IMG/VR virus record: IMGVR_UViG_3300014933_000056
Span: 1-52,101 of that record
From: a virus
Taxonomy: Duplodnaviria > Caudoviricetes
Reading direction: 5' to 3' (one strand)
Length of the DNA stretch: 52,101 nt
The notes beneath the pieces were generated by a model. It did no database searches and had not been told where the DNA came from. It worked only from the letters and a program-made list of their open reading frames with translations. The stretch's first letter is position 1. Every line of letters starts with the position of its first letter. The position numbers and the translations under genes are program-made. Below, piece by piece: positions 46,346-52,101 of the stretch.

Positions 46346-46572
46346 TTAGCCTTGTGTTTGCTTAGTTCTTTACGCATTGTGGATACGCCCTTAGCAATAA
46401 CCACTTTGGTTTTTGTACGGTTACGCAGTGCTCTTAAATCAAGGGCTTTATGTTTGCCACGGTTTTTGACCTTATGCCACTCAGGTTTAACGTGCTCACC
46501 CGGATCATTATGAAGATGATGATTATGAAACTGATGGTAAAAGTCTGACGTACTTAATTTAGTCTTGTTCAT
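46342..46572 (-). CDS. small basic His-rich protein
   Basis: ATGA-coupled to portal; ends STMRKEL. Confidence 0.55.
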   Translation of the reverse strand: MNKTKLSTSDFYHQFHNHHLHNDPGEHVKPEWHKVKNRGKHKALDLRALRNRTKTKVVIAKGVSTMRKELSKHKAK

Positions 46573-46574
46573 TT

Positions 46575-49500
46575 TTAAGCTCCATCATTAGTTTCAATTT
46601 TCAAGTCAGTCTTTTGAGGTTTAATATTGACTACTTTATTGGTAGGAATAGTTGCACCTTTTTTGTCACGCTCATAGATAGGCTTGCCTTTAGCATTGAC
46701 AGTCATTTTTTCTTTTGGATCGTAGTGAACAAAAAATCCATTGGAATCAATGTGGGCTTCATTCATTTTTCCAGTGGCTTTCTTGTTTTTAAGGCCAACA
46801 ATAACACCATGCTCACCTTCTGGCTGCATATCTAGAGGCCTAAAGTCATGACTATCACCATTGATAACTTTGAATTTATGCCCAGTTTCTTCATCGTGTA
46901 CATACTCAGGCAAATGAGTTTTATGACTAAACGCCATCGCTACGTTGTCGCCACCTAACAAACGCTTACGCATCTGCTTCCAATTGGAGTTTTCATTCTC
47001 AACGCCATCTTGGCTAACGCCAGTGCTTGAGTATGTGTAGTGATGGTTTGGAGCAATAGGGTTTGTATTGTTCTTGGTGTAATCGTAGAAAGTTACATCA
47101 GGATGAGCATTGATAATCGCTTTATGCACTCGTGGATTAATGTCTGACAATATATTCAAACGTAAACCTAAGTGATTGCCATTGGCGCCAGCCATATCTT
47201 TAGCGGCTTGAATCTCATCATGTAATTTAACGGCAAAAGAATGAGGGTCATTTAAAAACGCTTGAGTCTTATTCAAACTGTTTAATCTTGGCCCTTTAAA
47301 CTCACTTAGGTCTTGACCACCACCCAGCTTAAAGTAATTACCTGACGTCTTGCCTAAGCACTCTGCTTTGCACGATGGTGAATTAGGGCAGGTATTAAAA
47401 CCGCTCTGCTCATATGCAGGCGCTAAGGCCACGCCGGTATTCTCAACTCCACGATTATCAGGCAGCTTAATCGGCTCTTCATTTTTGCCGGTTTCGGTCT
47501 TGAGCAACTTGGCATTCTTACCTAATAAATCCTTAACCTTACCGTCACCAGTGTGACCAATAAACTTACCAACAGCCTTGGCTGCCTTAGCACTGTTGGC
47601 GATACGATCTTCATGCGACAAGCTTAAATGGTGCGCTATCGACTCATCAAATGCTTTAGAAAGATTCTTAATGCTGATCTTTTCTGGATCATATGGCGTG
47701 AACTCAGGCTCTTTCTTCGGCTGTTGATTAGCAGCCTTAATAGCAAATGTCCTGCGTTTAGTTGGCTGACCACCTTCTGCCATTCCGGCTGGTTTCATCG
47801 CCTGCAACGCCTGACCCTGCGGTGTCAGCGACAGCATATTCCCCATCTGTTGCTGCGGCGTGCCTCCCTGCTCGGGTGCTGGCGTGCCTTGCGGGGAAGG
47901 GTTAGGCTGCAGGTCTTGGTCTGGCTGTTGAGCCATCATCTGTTGACCTTGCTGAGTATTGTCCTGATCAATCCCACCTACAGGCAAGCCGTTGCTATCA
48001 GCCACGCCACCCACGGGCATGAAGTTGTTCTGCGTTGGGTTAGGGCTGATGTAAGTCTTGGGGTTCATATCCACAGCCTGATCAACACCAATGCTATCTA
48101 AGTAGTTTGGATTCTTGCGCTGATTAAGCTGCACGCGCATTTGCGCTAGTGTAGGTGTGTTCATTGAACCGCCCTCTGCTTTGTGAATGATGCCGCCATT
48201 GGCATAAGGAACTTCTCTGCGCTGCATAATCTCGTCTCTCTCTCTATTCGCTCTTAATGGCAATCCATGTTCCTTGCCTTCATTAATAGCGCGATTGATT
48301 AGATCAAGCAGTTCTTTATTCTTAGGGTGCAACGCAGCTTGTCTTTGCGCTTCCCAGTTCTTTGCATAATCTTTACCGGTCTGTCCTGCTTCGTTCCTGC
48401 CGGTGCCGTTCCATGCCTCAGCCAAACTAATGCCAAGCCTGTCGGCTACAAGTTTCTTTGCGTTGATTGCAGATAAAAAGTTTTGGTCTTCAGGGTGAAG
48501 GTTATGAGTTTTTTTGAGCATGTCATCAAACTCTTTTTCCTTCTTACTGCCAAGCCATACACTGCTATGCCCAAGGTCTGTCCTGCCTTCCTTCAACATA
48601 AAGGCTGCAGCCTCTTCAGGCGTAAACGATGGATAGCCATGCTTCTGTGCTGCGCCAAGTAGTCGTGCATGCCGATACAACTCTTGCACCGCCTTTGATG
48701 AGTCTGTGTAACTATCAGATGTAGCAGGATCTGGATTGCGAGGATTGTATTGATCGCCGCCAGTGTAAATTCTTCGTATAGGCAGCGTCTCCAAACCTTC
48801 TTTTCCACCGAACTTGCCGGTTGGGTCAGCTCGATAAGCTTTAATACCGGTAGGCAAATCAGACGGGCGCGTCGATCTAGGTAGTGACCGTAGCGGGTCT
48901 TGCATTAGCTTAATATCGGTCTGCCCGTATCTGTCTAAATCCATTGGCAGCTCAGCGCGGTCATACACTTCTTTTCTAAATCCTAATGCATTCACAACCG
49001 GCCTAGTGAATGGCAGCGTCTCAACTAATGAATTAATGAACGAGCCACCAGTAGCCATGCCAATGATGCCACCCTTGGCTTTGGTAATGTCAGGGTCGTT
49101 GATGTCGTATGTGCCACGGTTGCCTACGGCTGACTTGATTCGCTTGGGGTCGAACACGCCAAGATTCTTGACGCCCTGCTCATTCATGTATGCGCCATCG
49201 AAGCCAAGGCGTTTGGCTATGCCCATCACCAGAGGGTCTTCGATAACATCCCAGTTGCCAGAGCGGAGTTGCTTGCGGATCTTTTCGGAGCCAGCATTGA
49301 TCCATGCCGGTATCTCAGGGCTTTTGCCTGATAGCTTTGATAGCTCATCCGTCATTACGTCAAGGTGATCAGCATTCTCAAAGTCAAATGGCTTGCGTAC
49401 CTGAACGTGTACAGGGTAAACAGCGCCCGACATAAAGTCAGAGTCTTTCGCGTCCCCGGCATACAAGTTGGAAAACTTAGGGTCTGGCGATACAAACGTC

Positions 49501-49694
49501 ATGCCGCGAAGGCCGTTCTTGAATTCTTTTATGCCCTCGCCGCTTGGCCTATGCTCAGGGTGAAACATCTTGCCCGGTGGGTAGTGTCTCGAACCGTGAT
49601 ACATGCGGCGCTTCTCAGCAGACTCCTGCAAGAACTTACCCTTGCCCTTAACAAGCAGCTCGGCGGTCATCTGATCGATTGTAGGTTTCTTCAT
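46575..49694 (-). CDS. polyvalent protein: ADP-ribosyltransferase-like domain, unknown domain and Gp88-like domain
   Basis: MYHGS...F.S.DP..S..YA...VYPV...GFDG...VFDP..IKS..GN.G.YD; C-terminal CP....C...CL...RLN..SD...FYDYTK...GD.HD.R..D...GL..K. Confidence 0.65.
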   Translation of the reverse strand: MKKPTIDQMTAELLVKGKGKFLQESAEKRRMYHGSRHYPPGKMFHPEHRPSGEGIKEFKNGLRGMTFVSPDPKFSNLYAGDAKDSDFMSGAVYPVHVQVRKPFDFENADHLDVMTDELSKLSGKSPEIPAWINAGSEKIRKQLRSGNWDVIEDPLVMGIAKRLGFDGAYMNEQGVKNLGVFDPKRIKSAVGNRGTYDINDPDITKAKGGIIGMATGGSFINSLVETLPFTRPVVNALGFRKEVYDRAELPMDLDRYGQTDIKLMQDPLRSLPRSTRPSDLPTGIKAYRADPTGKFGGKEGLETLPIRRIYTGGDQYNPRNPDPATSDSYTDSSKAVQELYRHARLLGAAQKHGYPSFTPEEAAAFMLKEGRTDLGHSSVWLGSKKEKEFDDMLKKTHNLHPEDQNFLSAINAKKLVADRLGISLAEAWNGTGRNEAGQTGKDYAKNWEAQRQAALHPKNKELLDLINRAINEGKEHGLPLRANRERDEIMQRREVPYANGGIIHKAEGGSMNTPTLAQMRVQLNQRKNPNYLDSIGVDQAVDMNPKTYISPNPTQNNFMPVGGVADSNGLPVGGIDQDNTQQGQQMMAQQPDQDLQPNPSPQGTPAPEQGGTPQQQMGNMLSLTPQGQALQAMKPAGMAEGGQPTKRRTFAIKAANQQPKKEPEFTPYDPEKISIKNLSKAFDESIAHHLSLSHEDRIANSAKAAKAVGKFIGHTGDGKVKDLLGKNAKLLKTETGKNEEPIKLPDNRGVENTGVALAPAYEQSGFNTCPNSPSCKAECLGKTSGNYFKLGGGQDLSEFKGPRLNSLNKTQAFLNDPHSFAVKLHDEIQAAKDMAGANGNHLGLRLNILSDINPRVHKAIINAHPDVTFYDYTKNNTNPIAPNHHYTYSSTGVSQDGVENENSNWKQMRKRLLGGDNVAMAFSHKTHLPEYVHDEETGHKFKVINGDSHDFRPLDMQPEGEHGVIVGLKNKKATGKMNEAHIDSNGFFVHYDPKEKMTVNAKGKPIYERDKKGATIPTNKVVNIKPQKTDLKIETNDGA

Positions 49695-49735
49695 GACGCA
49701 ATTATCCTATCCATTTGCAATCTGAACAACGCCCA

Positions 49736-49960
49736 TCACCTTGGCATATTCCAAGGCTCTCGCAACTGCGCTTGGGTCTTGCGCCACCGGATCCACTTGC
49801 GGAGGATGCCGATGGTCTGCTGCTCCCATACGTCGTTGTTGGTGTGAACCGATACCTCAAAGGTATTGCCTGTGATCGATAGTCTGACACCATCAATGTG
49901 AAGGATCCTATTGAGGCCTTCAACGTCTTTTCCGAATTCGACATCTACGTTATCGCTCAT
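49736..49960 (-). CDS. hypothetical protein
   Basis: ATG ORF between terminase and the polyvalent gene. Confidence 0.55.
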   Translation of the reverse strand: MSDNVDVEFGKDVEGLNRILHIDGVRLSITGNTFEVSVHTNNDVWEQQTIGILRKWIRWRKTQAQLREPWNMPR

Positions 49961-49988
49961 GTTGGCTCAGTAATTAAATTACTCGACC

Positions 49989-51422
49989 CTACGCAGAGTA
50001 GGGATTCTCTCTGCCACGGTTATTGTAAATCTCTGCGTCGCTTATGTCTTCCTGCTCGATCTCATCCCGTGGTGGTGCATCGATGCTGATCCATCCGGCA
50101 TCCCGCAGGTAGCGCAGGCCTTGGCTGATACAGTCAACGAACTCGTCGTGCTCGGTGCCCTCAGGGAAGCTGCATATCTGGCTGACCATGCCCTCAGCCC
50201 AATCCCTCACGTATCCCTTGTTGACGCTGGACTCCGGCACCCATACCCGACCAGCCTTGATGATGTTAGCCACAATCGATAGGCGCTGGATCTTGTCAGC
50301 CCTGCCGGGGTTGTAGGCATGCACCGGTATGTGGGCACGCTGCAAGTCTTGGATCAGGCTGATGCCTGCGCTCTTGTCTTCCACAAGCACCAAGTCAACC
50401 AGCTTGCGGTCGCGGCCTTCGCCGTAGACCACCTCGTACTCTTCGATCACCTTGGGGCGCAGGTCAGGGTACTGCAAGTGCTCCTGCCAGCAATCCAGTA
50501 TCAGCACGGACATCCCACCATCCATCGGCTTGTAGACGCCCATGGTGATCGAGCCGGTCGGATCGTTGTAGGTCTTATCCGACGTCGCGCAATCGTAGCT
50601 CTGGATGATGTACTCGAACTTAGGGAAGGGCTTGCCGTTAGGCCACATACGGAACCACTCGCGCTTGACGATACCGCCGGCCTCGGGGTCGATCAGCTCC
50701 GCATGGATTTCCTGCTGGCCTAGCTTGGTGCCCTCGTATTGCAGGATCTGCTTCTGGAATGATTTGGCTAGGTTAGCCACGTTCACGTATGTACTGGCCT
50801 TGGTCACCACCACGTCGTCACCGTCGCGGCTAATCAGATCCATGATCAGTGGCTTAGGCTTCGGGGTGGTGGAAACAATTATCCGTGTGCGCTTACCGAG
50901 ACGTACCGCGAACTGGATCATGTCCCAGCTATCTTGTATGTAGTCCCACGCTGCCAGCTCATCGCACCAGCCACCGTGCCATTGACCACCACGGAAACGC
51001 TCAGGCTCGGAGGCCGGAATTCCCTTGATGAATGAGCCATTGATCAGCTTCAGCTCGTGCAGGGATTTGTTGTAGTCGGCGATAATCTCTTTGGGCGCCA
51101 CGTTAAGTAGGCCGCTATCGCCCTCAAAGCAGGTGCCACGTATGTCGCCGGAGGTCGGTGCGGATACCAGCCACCGGCTACCCGGCTCTTCCCATGCCCA
51201 TGCTAGTAACGTCTCAGCACTGGCTCGTGTCTTACCGGCACCACGGCCTGCAAGCATTAGCCAGATAGCCCATTCACTGCCGGGTGGCTCGATCTGGTGC
51301 TTGTGCGCCTTCTTGAGCCAATTCATCTGCCAATTGACTACCGCCTGATGAACAGGCGTGAGCTTACTAAACTCTTCTAAGAGTGTCGGCTCATCATCAA
51401 TGATGGCGTCGAAAGCGCTCAC
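49989..51422 (-). CDS. terL: terminase large subunit
   Basis: LAGRGAGKT Walker A; WCDE Walker B; STTPK; SYDCA and HDEFVD nuclease motifs. Confidence 0.95.
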   Translation of the reverse strand: MSAFDAIIDDEPTLLEEFSKLTPVHQAVVNWQMNWLKKAHKHQIEPPGSEWAIWLMLAGRGAGKTRASAETLLAWAWEEPGSRWLVSAPTSGDIRGTCFEGDSGLLNVAPKEIIADYNKSLHELKLINGSFIKGIPASEPERFRGGQWHGGWCDELAAWDYIQDSWDMIQFAVRLGKRTRIIVSTTPKPKPLIMDLISRDGDDVVVTKASTYVNVANLAKSFQKQILQYEGTKLGQQEIHAELIDPEAGGIVKREWFRMWPNGKPFPKFEYIIQSYDCATSDKTYNDPTGSITMGVYKPMDGGMSVLILDCWQEHLQYPDLRPKVIEEYEVVYGEGRDRKLVDLVLVEDKSAGISLIQDLQRAHIPVHAYNPGRADKIQRLSIVANIIKAGRVWVPESSVNKGYVRDWAEGMVSQICSFPEGTEHDEFVDCISQGLRYLRDAGWISIDAPPRDEIEQEDISDAEIYNNRGRENPYSA

Positions 51423-51754
51423 TCTGCCTGTCGCGCCATCTTCATAGACTTCAGCAACTCGCCAAATATATCGATGCTATGTTCCACAACTAGTGGGTTC
51501 TCATCATTACCGCTAATCTCAGTCCTCTGGAGTTTAGGGACATGATACTCAACCACCGATTGAAATAACTCAAATGCTTTGGCTGGATTTGGCTTGATGT
51601 CGTTTTCAATATCACCCTCAGCAACTCTATCGAGCCATTCAGTGAGCCTATGAGCGTTTCCATCAACGAATGCTGCTATGGCCTGTCTTGCCTCATTCGT
51701 AGCCTTGTTGGGCGTTCCAGCCTGTCTACCGCCTGTCTTCTTTCCTTCTGCCAT
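51419..51754 (-). CDS. putative terminase small subunit
   Basis: GKKTGGRQAGTPNKAT; PKL.R.EISG....PL; overlaps the terL start. Confidence 0.7.
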   Translation of the reverse strand: MAEGKKTGGRQAGTPNKATNEARQAIAAFVDGNAHRLTEWLDRVAEGDIENDIKPNPAKAFELFQSVVEYHVPKLQRTEISGNDENPLVVEHSIDIFGELLKSMKMARQAE

Positions 51755-51801
51755 GATCTATCCCTCTAAATTAATCTACTTTAGATAACATTATCAAATT
51801 A

Positions 51802-52101
51802 TTACAAGTATCTGTATTCACCAAATAGTTGTGGATTCTTGTTACCTGCATATCTTAATTTGTCTTTAATTCGTTTCACTATTTCAGTGTTTATTGAATT
51901 TTTATCGCAATCCTTTAGGAATTTAGTTATTGAACGGTTTAGTTCTCTTATCCGTTTAAGCATTGGATTAGATTTAATTTTAGCGTTTAGCGCATATGCG
52001 TTTTGTTTATTTGTCGCGGAATTACTTTTTGGCTGATCTCCACCATCAGCAAGATTCAGTATGTGACCTTGGCTGCGGTACTGAGCAATAACTTGAGTTT
52101 C
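51802..52101 (-). CDS. C-terminal part of a GIY-YIG-like endonuclease, truncated by window edge
   Basis: Hand-translated ETQVIAQYRSQGHILNLADGGD...; AT-rich. Confidence 0.55.
   Translation of the reverse strand, partial: ETQVIAQYRSQGHILNLADGGDQPKSNSATNKQNAYALNAKIKSNPMLKRIRELNRSITKFLKDCDKNSINTEIVKRIKDKLRYAGNKNPQLFGEYRYL

Noticed and set aside
1-52101. Terminal repeat, circular closure or prophage att sites
   Set aside because: The two ends are different truncated genes with no shared sequence seen; no integrase or host genes

Overview
A 52 kb stretch, probably most of one genome, of a tailed dsDNA phage. It is podovirus-like: portal, scaffold, capsid, adaptor/nozzle and four ejection-type genes, with no tape measure or sheath. 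Almost everything is on the minus strand. Reading from the right end, the order is terminase, a 1039-aa polyvalent protein, portal, GroES, scaffold, capsid, a block of Lys/His-rich 'xxxGG' proteins, tail fibres, lysis genes and ejection proteins, ending at a terminator at 14.2 kb. A short plus-strand recombination operon (SSB-like protein, PD-(D/E)XK nuclease) diverges from a minus-strand operon carrying Cro, ParB-like, helicase, primase, a 2OG oxygenase and RuvC. No integrase, DNA polymerase, CRISPR array or canonical tRNA was recognised. Main oddities: (1) The helicase intein (9833-10654) has no in-frame endonuclease. Instead a complete Vsr/DUF559-type endonuclease ORF with its own ribosome-binding site is overprinted in the +1 frame across the intein, including its splicing blocks. 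(2) An HNH element appears to have displaced the original primase start and supplied a recoded replacement, and it carries a structured RNA leader. (3) About 1 kb of promoter-driven structured non-coding sequence (3233-4201) holds a c4-like antisense RNA and an array of conserved-stem hairpins. (4) About 30 copies of an xxxGG motif delimit modules across ten head-region and ejection proteins. All calls come from reading motifs by eye; no database searches were run.
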